NCBI GenBank assembly: GCA_951406725.2
Contig: OX597815.1
Location: 112,220,001-112,284,000, forward strand
DNA from: Octopus vulgaris
Taxonomy: Eukaryota
DNA length: 64,000 bases
Reading direction: 5' to 3'
In this document: piece by piece, positions 1 to 13,422 of the stretch
How positions within the stretch are numbered: position 1 is the first letter of the stretch
How the letters are laid out: every line of letters starts with the position of its first letter
Made by a program: the position numbers and the translations under genes
The notes under the pieces: generated by a model
Database searches by the model: none
What the model was told of the DNA's origin: nothing
The model's input: the letters and a program-made list of their open reading frames with translations, nothing else

Positions 1-941
1 TTCTGACTGGTATAATAAACATTGAAATATTGGTATGGGATCCAGACCATCAGATTTTGTTTTGCAATACATTGTGTCACTAACCTTCATTTCCATCCCA
101 TTCTGATTTTTTTTGTTCTTGTTCAATTCGTTCACATGCTGCAGAAAGGTCCCAATATTTCCTGCATTTCTACTTTTCTGAAGAGAATTTTTCCTTAATT
201 TAGAGTCTTTGACGATTCTGTATCATTTTCAATTGTTTATAACTTATGGTTCTTTATAGTAAAATTTATGAGTTCAGAAGTAAGAACTTGGGGATAATAG
301 ATAAGTTTTCAATGTATAAAATCTTAAAGCATATTCCCAGTAATTTTGTAATAGAAGTTGACACTAATGAACGTGATAAATCTATGACTCGTGTTAGTTT
401 ATTTCTTATCATCGTTGGGCGTCAGCTTAAAATCTAGTCAGTGATTCCGATATAGTTTTACAAGATGTTTTGAAACCCATTCTTTATTGGGAAAAAGTAG
501 ATCTTCAAATATGACCACGGACTTACATGAAGACGAAGATATTTTCTTCTTGGCTTATTTAATTCTTCACAAATGTGTAGAATTTATATTCCATCACTTA
601 TTAATTAATACTTAAATCCTAGATTATAAATACTTTTATTTAGTCAATTATATGTGTGTGTGTGTCTATGTGTGTGCGCTCACACACACACAGACACAGA
701 CCTATATTAATATGTAAAGGTAAGATCCAACGATCAGGGTTTAGGAAGTTAATAAGTTTCCAGCAGTACATAGAAGGTATAAAAAAAACCACTCTCAGAA
801 ACAATGGTGGTTTATTGACGTAGAAGGTTGTAACTTTTCCCTTATTGAATTTCAATAAGCTGGAACGAGCCATTTTCTACTTTACAGTTAGCAGCTGGGT
901 TTGCTATGTATGCGAATAAAATATATTTACATATATTTTAC

Positions 942-1172
942 AACGGCGAGCTGGCAGAAACGTTAGCACGCCAGGCGAAATGCGTAGCCGTATTTCGTCA
1001 GCCGTTACGTTCTGAGTTCAAATTCCGCCGAGGTCGACTTTGCCTTTCATCACTTTCGGGGTCGATAAATTAAGTACCAGTTACGCACTGGGGTCGATAT
1101 CATCGACATAATTAGTGTGTCTCTCCTTGTTTGTCTCCTCTATGTTTAGCTCCTTGTGGGTAATAAAGAAAT
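942..1172 (+). mobile_element. tRNA-derived SINE, family B, Tx1-like tail variant
   Basis: Head GGCGAGCTGGCAGAAACGTTAGCACGCC...GAGTTCAAATTCC (A/B-box-like). Ends CCTCTATGTTTAGCTCCTTGTGGGTAATAAAGAAA. Homologous copies at 6330, 6570, 8989, 13423 and 59427. Confidence 0.85.
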
Positions 1173-1323
1173 ATACATTTACATATATACGAACATGTAT
1201 GTCATTATTCATTTTATTTCAAGATTTCTTACCAACAAAGAACCGGTTTCTAAACTAGATAAAAGGCTCCTTCACTGGAGCTTGAAAATCAACAACAGGG
1301 TATTTTACTTTGTATGTACGTAG

Positions 1324-1652
1324 TATGTATGTATGTATGTATGAATGTATGTATGTATGTATGTATGTATGCATATATGTATGTATGTATGTATGTAGGT
1401 AGGTAGGTAGGTAGGTAGGTAGGTAGGTAGGTAGGTAGGTAGGTAGGTATGTATGTATGTAGGTAGGTAGGTAGGTAGGTAGGTAAGTATGTAGATAGGT
1501 AGGTAGGTAGATAGGTAGGTAGGTAGGTAGGTAGGTAGGTAAGTAGGTAGATAGGTAGGTAGGTAGGTAGGTAGGTAGGTATGTAGGTAGGTAGGTAGGT
1601 AGGTAGGTAGGTAGGTAGGTAGGTAGGTAGGTAGGTAGGTAGGTAGGTAGGT
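1324..1652. repeat. compound (TATG)n/(TAGG)n microsatellite
   Basis: Directly visible; explains the PTYL-repeat ORFs. Confidence 0.97.
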
Positions 1653-2039
1653 AACCCTGTCCCAGTACCCCTCTTACCTGATTCACTTGAAGACCTTGAC
1701 ACATCGCACGATGAACCTCCTCATTTCTCCTATCGACAAAGAGTACGTAATTGGTTCTCAGAAAACGGAGCCACGAAGATTTGAACGTAAGAGACCTTGC
1801 ATTATCAAAGGAGAAGAAAAGTTTTGGGATCCAGACTACAGCAGCGCAATCTCCTACAGCAAAATACTAAAATTTCCATTTTCTATTCTCATGATGTAGG
1901 CTTATCTGCCTTTTTCAAACAAGGAAATAACGCTTGTTTCTATTTTTTAATAATAATTAAAAAATTATTATTCATTAATAATAAAAAAAATATTTACGAC
2001 TATATAATCGAAATTGGTTATATATTTATATTAAAGCAT

Positions 2040-3004
2040 GATTGAGATTTTGAATTTCTCGCATATCTCTCTATGTGTTGTTTTAGTGGTATTTATCTAT
2101 ATCTTGGGAAACGGATACGGTCTCTATGGTGTGTTATTCTCTGTGCGACATTCTTATTTGCGATATATTGCCGTGTCCCACATCCTGGACAATTCATTAC
2201 GTAGATTAGGTTTTGGGACACACAAGTAAGATCAGTCTTAATTTTGAATATTTTTAATTATTTAAAATGGAATTCCGAAACTTCCAGTTGCTTGGCACGT
2301 GTTCCATAGGTCACCCGCATTTTTTCACTCTTGATTCCGTTGTCTTGCACCTATCAGTATTACCTTTAGAGATTTTGTCTGTCTTTTACTTTCATTTGCG
2401 TGTGCATAGAATTTGATGCAGCTTGTAGTTCCTATTGAAAATTTTGAATATTGTTATATGCCTCATTGATTCTAAGATTGTGTGTAGACATATAGGCTAG
2501 TATATTTTCATCGGGTGTGTTTTTTCGTTTTAGTTCTTTTAGTGTCTGAATATCAATTATTTTTGCATGTTTTATCCCATCATCGATTAGTGAAGGTAGA
2601 TAATAACTCACAACGAGTATGGTTTTAAGTACAAGAAATCGTAAGTCCCTGGTATTTTTACCAGGTACTATTATTCAAATCATTTTCGCTAAATTGAAAG
2701 GAATATCTCTTTTAATGTGTTTCGGGTGACATGATCTGAATGGTAAGTATTGCTTTGAACCTGTAAGTTTATAATAAGTGTCGGTTTCAATTTAGATATT
2801 GACTTCTTTATCAAAATATTAAGAAATGAAAGTTTCACTTTGTTGTAATCCTTTGCGAATTGAATGTGAATATTTACACTATTGAGAAAGGTTTTTAAAT
2901 TCAAATAGTTTATTAATGTTTTCATTCCAAAGTATAAAGCAGTCATGCAGATATCTTTTTCAGTTGCATCTCATATACAGGCAAAAAGTGTATCCATATT
3001 TTTC
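2040..3004 (-). mobile_element. Neptune-type Penelope-like element remnant (RT C-terminus, thumb, GIY-YIG), degraded
   Basis: Minus-strand translation gives KRYLHDC (RT motif C-like), FLNSVNIHIQF..LSFLNILIKK, KCG*P (Cys linker) and FKIKTDLTCVSQNLIYVMNCPGCG..YI (GIY-YIG start), with many frameshifts. Confidence 0.75.
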
Positions 3005-4095
3005 TAGTGATTTTTTTGTATACAGCCAATTCTGTATGCCTCATTACAAGGTTTGCAAGAACTAGAACTGCTTTTGTTCCCATCACAATTCCACTTAATC
3101 AAGTCCTCGGCGTCATAAGCGCAGCACTCAAGAAGATCGAGAGGTACAATAGGGGAGAGTACCCAAAAATAGAAAAGCGCAGGAAAGTATACTTCCACAT
3201 GGAGGGAAAAGGACATAAAACCAGGCCTACAAGTAAAATATACGAGATAGACGAAAGATGGAAGGGATACTGGGAGGTGACCACGGATTTGGAAAGGTAA
3301 GTAATATTTCCACTAATAAAAACGACAAAAAGACCAGATTTAGTCCTATGGAACAGAACACGGAGAATAGGAATTTCACTAGAACTGACAGTACCTTGGG
3401 AAAAGAACATCGGCAATGCAGAGGAACGAAAGGAGAGGAGGTACAAAAAACTAATCGAAGAATACAGAGAACAGGATGGAATGTCGAGTGTTATCCCCTG
3501 GCAGTGGGGGCTAGAGGCTTCATTGAAAGGAAAATGACAACGCTTTTCAAAAGATTTTTTTTCTAGCTCCGAGCTGCGAAAACAAATAAGGAAAGTACAG
3601 GAGGCGGTCGAAAAAGCCAGCTTCTATATATGGCTGAAGCAGGAAGACCAAAAAGGGCTTGAAAGTCATAACATGCCGGCGGAAAATAACATCACTAGGT
3701 GAGACAAGCTGACGCTGAATCACCTTCGCTGACTGACAGGTGACGGTCGTTTAGAGAATGCGCGGGCTAAGACTACGCGCCTTCACTAATCAGTTATGGT
3801 GAGACAGTGTCACGTGACAACTTGCTGGGGCTGCCTGCTGGAGTCTTGCGGCAGGTATTTAAAGGGAAAAATTTGACAAGTCAGTCAGTCACCGGCTGAC
3901 ACTCGCTGACGATACATCGAAGTGGCCAGGCAACTGAAAAAAGAAGAAAAATACACATTCGAAAGGGGTGGGGGCGCGTCAAAATGGTAGAGGAGTAGGG
4001 GACGAAACTGGACGTGGTTCCTCCTGATGATGTCTTGAGCTAAGTGGATCTTATAAAGGAGCTGTTGTGGTAGCAGATCACGAAACACGGTTATA
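3005..4095 (+). mobile_element. HERO-like RLE non-LTR retrotransposon 3' end nested in the PLE
   Basis: Frameshifted translation LNQVL...RPDLVLWNRTRRIGISLELTVPWEKNIGNAEERKERRY..GWNVECYPLAVGARGF..AVEKASFYIWLK matches a PD-(D/E)xK restriction-like endonuclease of HERO type. A GC-richer putative 3' UTR follows. Confidence 0.75.
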
Positions 4096-4500
4096 ATTCC
4101 ATGAAGTAATTATTCTGGGGGATAAATTTTGATTATGATTAACTTCTGGATGCACCGTGATAATTCTTCTGGATAGTATTCCAACCAGGATTCCCATTGT
4201 CGTGTGAGATATTAGCATACAGGCTCACAATGTGCATTAGTATACAGGTTAAAAGGATACTATGACTGTATCATCAATGATTGTTTTTGAAATGTGGCTG
4301 AGCATGTCTAAATCGTCACTATTAAAATTTTTGATTTATTTAGAAATTTATATAGGATTCTTTTACTTTTTTACTAGTTTCTGCCAGATGCTGGACCACC
4401 TACTTTAGTATTTTGGGGTATCCTTTCGGTACTGATTTTGACTAAGATGCGAGTTGGACGAAGCTACTCTTCTTTGTGCGTGTTTCCTGTCCAGAGAGTT
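4096..4500 (-). mobile_element. Penelope-like RT fragment, upstream part of the 2040-3004 element
   Basis: Minus translation gives IVSLYANISHD (RT motif A region), LEYYPEEL and KFIPQNNYF. Collinear with the 2040-3004 remnant across the HERO insertion. Confidence 0.6.
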
Positions 4501-4506
4501 TCTATA

Positions 4507-4923
4507 GGCCCAGGAATGGCTGTGTGGTAAGTAGCTTGCTTACCAACCACTTGGTTCCGTGTTCAGTCCCACTACGTGGCACCTTGGGCAAGAGTCTTCT
4601 ACTATAGCCTCGGGCCGTCCAAAGCCTTTCGAGTGGATTTGGTAGTCGGAAACTGAAAGAAGCCCATCGTATATAGGTATATATATATATACGTATGTGT
4701 ACATATATGTTTCTGTCGGTGTTTGCCCCCGCCCCAATATCACCTGACAACCGATGCTGGTGTGTTTACGTCCCCGTAACTTAGCGGTTCGGCTAAAGAG
4801 ACCGATAGAATAAGTACTATGCTTACAAAGAATAAGTCCAGGGGTCGATTTGCTCGACTAAAGGTGGTGCTCCAGCATGGCCGCAGTCAAATGACCGAAA
4901 CAAGTAAAAGAGTAAAAGAGTAA
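4507..4923 (+). mobile_element. tRNA-derived SINE, family A, full length
   Basis: TGGCTGTGTGGTAAG (A box), GTTCAGTCCC (B box), CCTTGGGCAAG central domain, internal (TA)n, 3' end GAAACAAGTAAAAGAG. About 10 copies in the window. Confidence 0.88.
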
Positions 4924-5121
4924 GCGATGGTTTCAACCTGATGGGCTAGCTTTAATGGGTCTTAATTTTAAATAAATCTCTTGGTGATTGGACATAAATG
5001 TATTTCTGATGAACCATCATAAACACACACACAAACACATGCGCAAATATACATACATACATACATACATACGTACATACATACATACATACATACATAC
5101 ATACATACATACATACATACA

Positions 5122-5153
<32 letters not shown>

Positions 5154-6329
5154 CACATACATATGTGTGTATGCATGTTTTTCAGTGGGTAATTTCTCTC
5201 TCTCCCTTTCTCTAATACTCTAAGTACAGACACACACTCACATATATTCACAAATGCAAGCGCGCAAACATGTGTAAAAGGAAATATATGTGTTGTTGTT
5301 GTTTTTAATGCGTCCTATAAGTATGTATACATGTCTGCGTGTGTGAATATTTACATATGTGTGTGATTGCATGAACACAGCCAAGAATAGGATTAGATTT
5401 ATAGCTCTTGTATGTATTCCTTCTTATCAAATTCTTACAAATAATAATCAATAAAATAAACAAAATGTTCTGTTAAGGTTCCTGATATATATGTCTATGG
5501 GCTTCTGTGTTTTGTCTTGCTCACTCAATCCTTCGCACAGTCTCTCTACCAATTTCTTTACCAATCTCTTTTTCCATCAATCTCCCTCTATCTCTCTCTT
5601 TCTATCTCTCTCTTTCTATCTCTCTCTTTCTATCTCTCTCTTTCTATCTCTCTCTATCTCTCTATCTCTATCTCTCTATCTCTCTCAAGATTTTTCAGAC
5701 TCATTAGGTGTACACATACACACAAGCGTATACATACACGCACACACATACATACACACATATATATATATACATAAATACATACAGACAGACATACATA
5801 CACATATACATACATACGTATGTTATTTCCTGTGTTATTGTGTGTTATCGTGTGAGAATGTTCCTCTGTCAGTATTATATTTAGTCCTACGAAAGGTGAT
5901 CTCTGCAAGGGAGAGTTGATTTATGTTTTTGTCAGCTTCTAATAACTGAATGCTAAAAAGCCAGAAGTTAAGAATAGAAAGCCAGAGAAATCTTTGAATA
6001 ATGAATTTGGAAAACTTTGTATGTTTATTTTCGTTGGTGTAAAATGCTTCAAAAACAGTATTTAGTGTTTATTTCTTACATTTAATGTGAAATATGCTTG
6101 ATTTCGAATGAAACTCAATGTAACTCTAATAATCTCTTGCATTACATTCACTGTAGTATTGTAAAAAAAGTTTGTTCCCAAAAGAATTAAATGCGGAGCG
6201 CAACGCGATAATAATGATTCCTTATAGATTCTTATTCAGGTTTCTATAGCATTTGTTACACATCCACCAACCAACAAACCAGAACACTATTTATAAAAAT
6301 GAAAAGACACTAATATTATTCCATGGTAT

Positions 6330-6780
6330 TAAGTCGATGTTGTGGTAAAATTATTAGCACCCCGGGGCAAGTTGTTTGGCCGCATTTCGTCCGTGCTTAT
6401 ATTTTGATATCAAATCTTGCGCACATCGACTTTTCCTTTCAGCTTTTCGGTATTAATAAAATAAACACCAGTCAAGCACTGGGATTCGATGTAATTGACT
6501 TACCCACTTCCCCAAATATCTGGCCTTGTGACAAAATTTGAAATCGATATTATTTTATCGTACTAAAGCAGCCAGCTACCAGAATTGTTAGCACGCTGGG
6601 GAAAATACTTAACGGCATTTCCTCTCTCCTTCCGTTCTGAGTTCAAATTCCGCCGAGATTGAATTTGCCTGTCATCGTTTCGGAGTCGGTAAAACAAGTA
6701 CCAGTTAAGCGCTGGAGGTCGACTAAATCGACTTGCCCCTCCCCTGAAATTACTGGTCATGTGCCAAAATTTCAAACCAA
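6330..6780 (+). mobile_element. two diverged family B SINEs with the alternative (CTTGTGCC-type) tail
   Basis: TTAGCAC..GG..AAAT, GAGTTCAAATTCCGCCGAG, AAGTACCAG and CCCCTCCCC..ATT..TGG.C.TGTG motifs are shared with other family B copies. Confidence 0.7.
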
Positions 6781-8036
6781 ATTTACTTCATTGTATGGTG
6801 ATGCATAACAAAGACATCTAATAAGACACCAACATGTTTGTCGCTTCCTTTTACTAGGTACCTCTATAGTCAAAACTTTCTGCAATCTCCATTGTATAGA
6901 GTGTCCACAGATTTTGATAAACTTAATTTGTTGCACTAAAGTCTCGTTTTTAGGCTTTAAACAACCTATGGGAAGATTGATATTCTCTAATGATTCATGA
7001 GATGATAGCTGTTAGTAAATCATGTTTCACTCAATCTATTGCATGCGTGATAACAAAATTGGATCATATATATTGAATTCCTATCCGATTCACTTTTAAT
7101 AAAACATGTAAATGATACCCATAAACAACATCACTGAATTCCCACTTTTTTCACTCTCGCTGTATTCGATATATTCGTTATATCGTTATATATGCGCATA
7201 AATGCATCCGCTGACACACACACACACACACACATGTCTATCTATTTATCTATCTATCCATATGTGTGTATATGTGTATATTCAAACTGATCTTTTCCAA
7301 TGAAGGATGATATATTTAGGAAATTTAAGGAAACCCACCAAATATTTTCGCTATCTTTCGCCAATTTATGATAAGAGCTGCTTCGCCTTTGGCTGCAAGC
7401 CCCAAAGCTGTAATCAGCTGATCGTAATATTTCAACCATGTTATCTATGAATCTTGTATGGAGAACACTATCTTCATGCATTTTGCATCAATCATATTTT
7501 CGCTTTCCGATGCACATTCGTACATTCAATAACAGTACTTGAATTAAATTTAGCACGTATCCATCATTTGTAGAAGTGACATCCAATTATCTGTCATGAT
7601 TACCTCAATGCACACTCCAATAACATATGTCCTATTGACTATTGGAATTTACAAATACTTGATCATGACAAGTAATTGACCATCATTTCAAACATTGCAA
7701 TATATAAGCGTGAGGCACATTACATGAAATTACATTCTTTCAAAAATGACCATATCACTCTATGATACCTTCGATTGTAATTCTACAGCACTTTGTTCAT
7801 CTGTATCATTCCTTTACTTGCTCGTTTTAGGGCATATATTCATAATAATTTATAATGTTTCATTATAACTATGGCCCTATAATGAAAAAGAAGGAAGCTT
7901 CTAAACTGCGTTCATACATACATATACATATATACATACATATATACATACATACACACATATAAATGTATACGTATATAAATAGATATATATGTGTATG
8001 TATATATAATATACCTATATATATATACATACTTAT

Positions 8037-8074
<38 letters not shown>

Positions 8075-8109
8075 ACATATACATTTATATATATATATAT
8101 AAGTATACG

Positions 8110-8165
<56 letters not shown>

Positions 8166-8237
8166 CACACATATATATCTACTTATATACATATATGTAT
8201 ATATACATATGTATTTATAAACTTATATATATACATA

Positions 8238-8373
8238 TAGGGAGAGTTCACGAAAAAACAAAAGACGAAGACAGGTGGTGGAGAAAACAAACAGATGTAT
8301 TAGTATAACGCTCAGGAATTGAAAAAGTGTTTTACGTTTCGAGCCTACGCTCTTCTACAGAAAGGGACACAGT
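8238..8373 (-). mobile_element. short PLE-type terminal cassette with variant hammerhead, in (TA)n
   Basis: Homologous to 23330-23537 and 29533-29686. Minus strand TTT-CTGTAGAA-GAGC GTAG GCTC-GAAA-CG-TA-AAA at 8330-8363. Confidence 0.65.
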
Positions 8374-8988
8374 AAATATATATATATGTATGTATTACTT
8401 TAAAATGTGTGTGGTAAAACAAGTATAAATCAATACAAATCATTATTGCTATATGTTGATAATTCAAGATATATTCCAAAAGATCATGATATCCTGCACA
8501 AAACTATGCAATGCTTAATTTTCTTTCACAAAACTAAGCGTTCTTTCAAAATTATCAGTATGCAACAACAAAATGAAAATCAGTGATTAAAACAGTCGAG
8601 ATTCAGCCAAACCTCGGCCAGGCTGTTACATGCTGCTCCTTGATATTTGATGTGCGGGCCACAGAAATATGTTGGCTGAGATTGTTATTTCCATCACAAC
8701 TAATACAAATTGTGCGTAAATATGTACTTCAACTTCATTATTATTTACCTAATAAAAATAGAAACTGATACGCCAAAGGATTACAACGTGACTTTAATGG
8801 TCAGAGTTGGTGAAAATTACTACAATGTGCGACATTTGTTTCTTCAATGAACAGTAAGAGAAATGAACATTTAGGGAAAGATTACGTGAAATCTCATTAC
8901 TAAGAGAGTTTCAAGCTGAAACTTTTTATCAGAAAAGGCCTGGCCTTACGCATGCTTCAGTTGTATTTCAATATCTAAAATGAGTTAA

Positions 8989-9251
8989 GGCGGTGACCTA
9001 GCAGAAACGTTTGCACGCCGGGTGAAATGCTTAGCGGGATTTCGTCTGCCGTTAAGTTCTGAGTTCAAATTCCGCCGAGGTTGACTTTCCCTTTCATAAT
9101 TTGGGGGTCGATAAATTAAGTACTAGTTAGGCACTGAGGTAATCGACTTAATCCGTTTGTCTGTCCTTGTTTGTTCCCTCTATGTTTAGCTCCTTGTGGA
9201 CAATAAAAAATAAGAAACGTTAGCACGCCGGGCGAAATACTTAATAGTATT
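8989..9251 (+). mobile_element. family B SINE (Tx1-like tail) followed by part of the head of a second family B SINE
   Basis: Unit 8989-9212, then AGAAACGTTAGCACGCCGGGCGAAATACTTAATAGTATT, which is interrupted by the LINE and resumes at 13423. Confidence 0.8.
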
Positions 9252-12200
9252 GTGACTTGTGAATAACTGAGTGGTGTTTTTTACTTGAAGGTTAGTGTTA
9301 AAATTGTTGTTACTGAATTTTTTTCCTTGTGTTGTTATTAATAGCATTCTGCGTGTGACAGACGGTGTAAAATTTTATTCACCTCTGTCTGGGTGGGGGA
9401 TTATCTATTTTTGTGGATTTGTTCCACAAACTTTGTTAAAAATGAATACTTCCTCTAAAGAGGAAAACAAATGGTGATAAATTGAATGAAATGTTAAGCA
9501 TGCCGACGGCAGAGAAACTTGTTGAACAGCCAAACAAGATAAATGTGCAGTTGCGACTGGAGTCAAAAAAGAAAAAAGTGTGTATAGAATGAAGTGTGAT
9601 AATGCAGCATCAAAACATGTTTTCGAAGGAGGGACATGACATAAAAGCCACCCTCCCGACCGAAAATATAGAGAAAACTGCTAAGAAAATAATCGTGTTT
9701 AAAACCCTGGTAATAAAAGACAAAAAAAATCGACAAAGCACCACAGTAAGAAATAGAAAAATGCCTAACACCGATCTGGCAGGACCAGAGTGAAACTTTT
9801 GGCAACCGTAGTAGTTTATTTTTAAGAGCAAAGAGAAGGCTAAAAGACACTCAGTGAAACTTTTGAGAACCACAGCCATTGTGTTGTTGCGAACATACTT
9901 AGACATCAAAGATTACAATAGAAGAGATCCCTCCAGAAATTGACGTCACATAGCTAAGCTCAGAGCTACTAATTGGGCTCGAAGAAGAAATAACAATACT
10001 AGAGGCCTCAATACTAGAGTTTTTCTCTCTCTGGGCTGTCCTTCTGGCGGGAGCGGGGTGTTGGTCCTGATAAAAGGAAACCGGGTTTCTGAGGATAAGT
10101 TAATTTTTTTTCAGATTCAGAAGGTAGGCTAGTCGTCATGGATTTGAAGGTCAGTCGTGATAAGATTATCAGACTAGTTGTAATTTATGAATCCCCTGAA
10201 AACGGGCTAAGTGAGTATTTTCGGAACCTGGAGAAGTTTCTCGGTACATTACATTCTCTAGTTGTACTAGGAGACTATAATACAATCTGCAACGCACGCG
10301 TAGATTATGTTGGCTCGTGTTCTGATAGAAGAGGTAATCCTTGATTTCTGGAACTGTTGAGGTGCTTTGAGGTAGCAGATACTTATAGGTTGGAATTTCC
10401 GAACGCTCACTCGTGGACATGGTCAAACAGCGATGGATCTTCCAGGTCATATCTAGATAAGTTGTTAATTAGAAAAGCAGATAAGAATAATGTTAGGTGT
10501 CTACAGTTTTTCCCGGTCAGCTACAGTGATCATAAAATGATAAATGTACGTTCGACATAGATAAGTTATATAATAGAGGATCCGGTTACTGGAAACTTAA
10601 TACGTCCCTTTTGGCGATTAAGGAGTACAGAGACTGGATTAAGTTATTGATTCAAAGGGCATTAACCGGATCTGTTACTAATGGTGGTATGATCCCAAGC
10701 GAGCCATTAAATTTGGGTCTATTAGATATAGCATGGATTGAGTGGCAACAGAGGCTAGGAAGGGATTAGCATTAGCTAAGGACGTAGATGAAGCAATGGA
10801 GTCTGGCTCTGCAGCTCAGGTGACGGCCAAGAGACTGGCGTTAAATCAGCACCTCGAAGCCTATCATATGGGTTGCATTATCAGAGCTAGGATTCGTGCA
10901 TGGAGTTGTGGAGGAATCAAGGACGCAGGATGGGCTCGAGTGGTAGAAGCCCAATGTGGAAATGGTGACACAATTCAATCTTTGACGAACCATTGAGGTA
11001 AGTTGATGAACGAGCCCGAGGTGATGTGTGATGTCTTTCAGGAGCACTTCACACAGCTATTCCCGTGGGGTGGCGGATCGGACAGTAGGAGTGACCTAAC
11101 GGACTTCATCGCCGGGCTGCCGCGTCTCTTGGGGTAGGTCGCGGAGTGATGTGAAGAGTCGATCACGCCTAAGAAGGTAATTGAGGCTACGGCGGACTGC
11201 AGCGCGCGTAAGGCGCTGGGGCTGGATGGTCTGCCCTATGAGCTGTATAAGTGTCTGGCGGACTTGTACGGGCACCTGCTGACGGATGTCAACGCAAACT
11301 GGCATCAGAATAGGTTCATTCTCAGATCTGTGCACCGGGGAATGGTGACGCTTGTCAGAAAGGACCCGAGCAAGGGGTAATACATTGATAAGTTTCGGCC
11401 CATCAGTGCTAGACAGAGAGTTGAAGATTTTGGCCAAAGTGTTATCGAAAAGATTACCGCGTGTCGCGGATGACTTGATTGACAAGGCACAGACATGTGC
11501 CGTTCCCGGTAGAACCATTCAGGATACTCTCCAACTTCTACGGAACACTCTAATGATTCTTGCAAGGAAGGTGCAGTGGTCCATTTACACCAGTCAAAGG
11601 CTTTTGATAGGGTGGACCATCATTACCTGATGTCCGTTCTGGCACAGTCTGGCCTGGGTCTTGCCTTACTCAGGTAGATCATCGAAATTTATCACAACAT
11701 CGACTCAGTAGTTCGAGTGAACGGCTTTTTATCTAAGCTGTTCAACGTCAAAGGCTCGGTCCAACAAGGGTGTCCATTCTCCCCGATTGTGTATGTAATG
11801 GCTCTTGAGCCATTGCTTCGAAAATTGAGCGACATCCCGAGAGAGCCAGATTGTGGAGAGTCGGTTTCAGCGTACAAGGACATCACCATCATCGTAACCG
11901 AAATGGATCACCTTCAGAGGGTAGGCAAGACCATTAAGAAATACGAGACGGTGTCAGGAGCAAAGAGTAATCGAGAAAAGTCAGTTGGCTTGCAGCTCGG
12001 CACCTGGAGAAGCAAGTTGATGCCTCCTGACAGCGTCGTGGGACATTGAACGATGGTCTCAATTAAGTTGCTAGGAATCTGGTTTGGACCAGGTCTCTAA
12101 ACAGAGAAGAACTGGGCTGAGGTAGCGAGCCGGGTGGCCAACATAACCAAGACCTAGTATTGTCGGTGGCTCTTCCTGAAAGAAAGAGCGGAGGTAGCCA

Positions 12201-13422
12201 ATTTGCTCATCGAATCGGTCATCCCCTACCGCTTAACCGTCGTTCCCTGCCCTGATTCGTGGTTGAGCAAGCTGGAAAAACAAATCTTCCGCTTCTTGTG
12301 GAAAGGCTCGAAGCCGCTTGCGAGACGCTCTATTTGCTGCCAACAACCATTAAAGAGTGATCTGGAGATGCCTTGGCTAATGATGCGCAGGCACGCGCTG
12401 AGGTTAAGGCATCTGTGACTCAATCTGGATGGTGAACGGGTGTGGTTTCCACAGGCGAAACAGATGTTTCCAAGTTCACTTGTTTCGGTGGATTGGAAAC
12501 CTGGTTCTATTGTAGATTGAAGTTGGGTACATGGGTTACAGTGTGTTGCAAGGCTCTCCGGATATTCCTTCTCTCGGTAGCGCTTCTCTCACATTGTTCT
12601 ATGGAGAGTTGGTAGAGACGAAATGTGACGATACCTTTCGGGAAGCCCTAGGTTTCGATGATAATCAGCTAGCCAGTGTGTTCCAACGTACATCCGGGCC
12701 GAAGACACACGATAATTTCCAGAAGTATTTGGCATGGTAATGTTACAGAGGAGTCTTACCTGTCCGGGACAAGCTCGCAAGACATGGTGGCCCTGGCCCA
12801 CTGACCTGTCCAAGATGTGGCCGGGACAAGTAGACTGTCCCGCATGCTATCATTGAGTGTTCGGAGGTGTCAGATGTGTGGGTTTATGCCAAACAACTTT
12901 TGCCAAGTACAGGAAGAGTACAGCTATCGACTGAGTCAATAGTAAAAATTGACCCACCGGATTTCCAATCGAAAGTTGGTAAGAATTGCTTTTTCAGCGT
13001 AGTAGCAATTGCAAGAGAGGTAATTTGGAAGTTGCGGGTGAACAGGTTAATAACAAGCATTTTTATCTCTGGCCCTTGGCTGGTGAATTTCTTCAACTTC
13101 CACCTAAGAAGGAAAGTAAGGGTAGAGAGAAAATGCCTGTCTGCGAAAATGTTTCAAGATCGATGGAAGAATGTCGTGCGAATGTTGCATATGGATCGGA
13201 CTGCATGAATACAATGTAGGATGAACCTAAAACATCTGTGGGGTCCGAGCATATCCCGCCTCCCCACTCCATTCTGTAATGTTGTCTTGTTATCATTCGA
13301 ACTCTTCATATTTATATGAAATTTTAAAAATTCATCTTCGTGTCAATTCATACGTTTAATCTGACTCTATATCAGATTGTACTGTTCCCTCTGTGTTGAC
13401 CACTTGTGGGAAATAAAACAAT
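9252..13422 (+). mobile_element. Tx1/L1-clade non-LTR retrotransposon (APE-RT-CCHC), degraded
   Basis: APE motifs SEGRLVVMDL, VVLGDYN, WTWSN..SYLDKLL, SDHK, GYWKLNTSLL. RT motifs GLDGLPYELY, FRPIS, QTCAVPGR, SKAFDRVDH, QGCPFSP. C-terminal CPRC..H...C. AATAAA tail. Imperfect ~20 bp TSD at 9232-9251 and 13423-13441. Confidence 0.9.

Noticed and set aside
1-600. Possible PLE N-terminal coding remnant on the minus strand
   Set aside because: Composition is suggestive but I could not identify a diagnostic motif.
1255-1704. PTYL-repeat ORFs and a possible telomere-like tract
   Set aside because: The tract is (TAGG)n tetranucleotide microsatellite, not TTAGGG or TTAGG.
10020-10068. A-poor patch resembling hyperediting
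   Set aside because: Short, and explained by the Gly/Val-rich APE motif SGGSGVLVL of the Tx1-like ORF.
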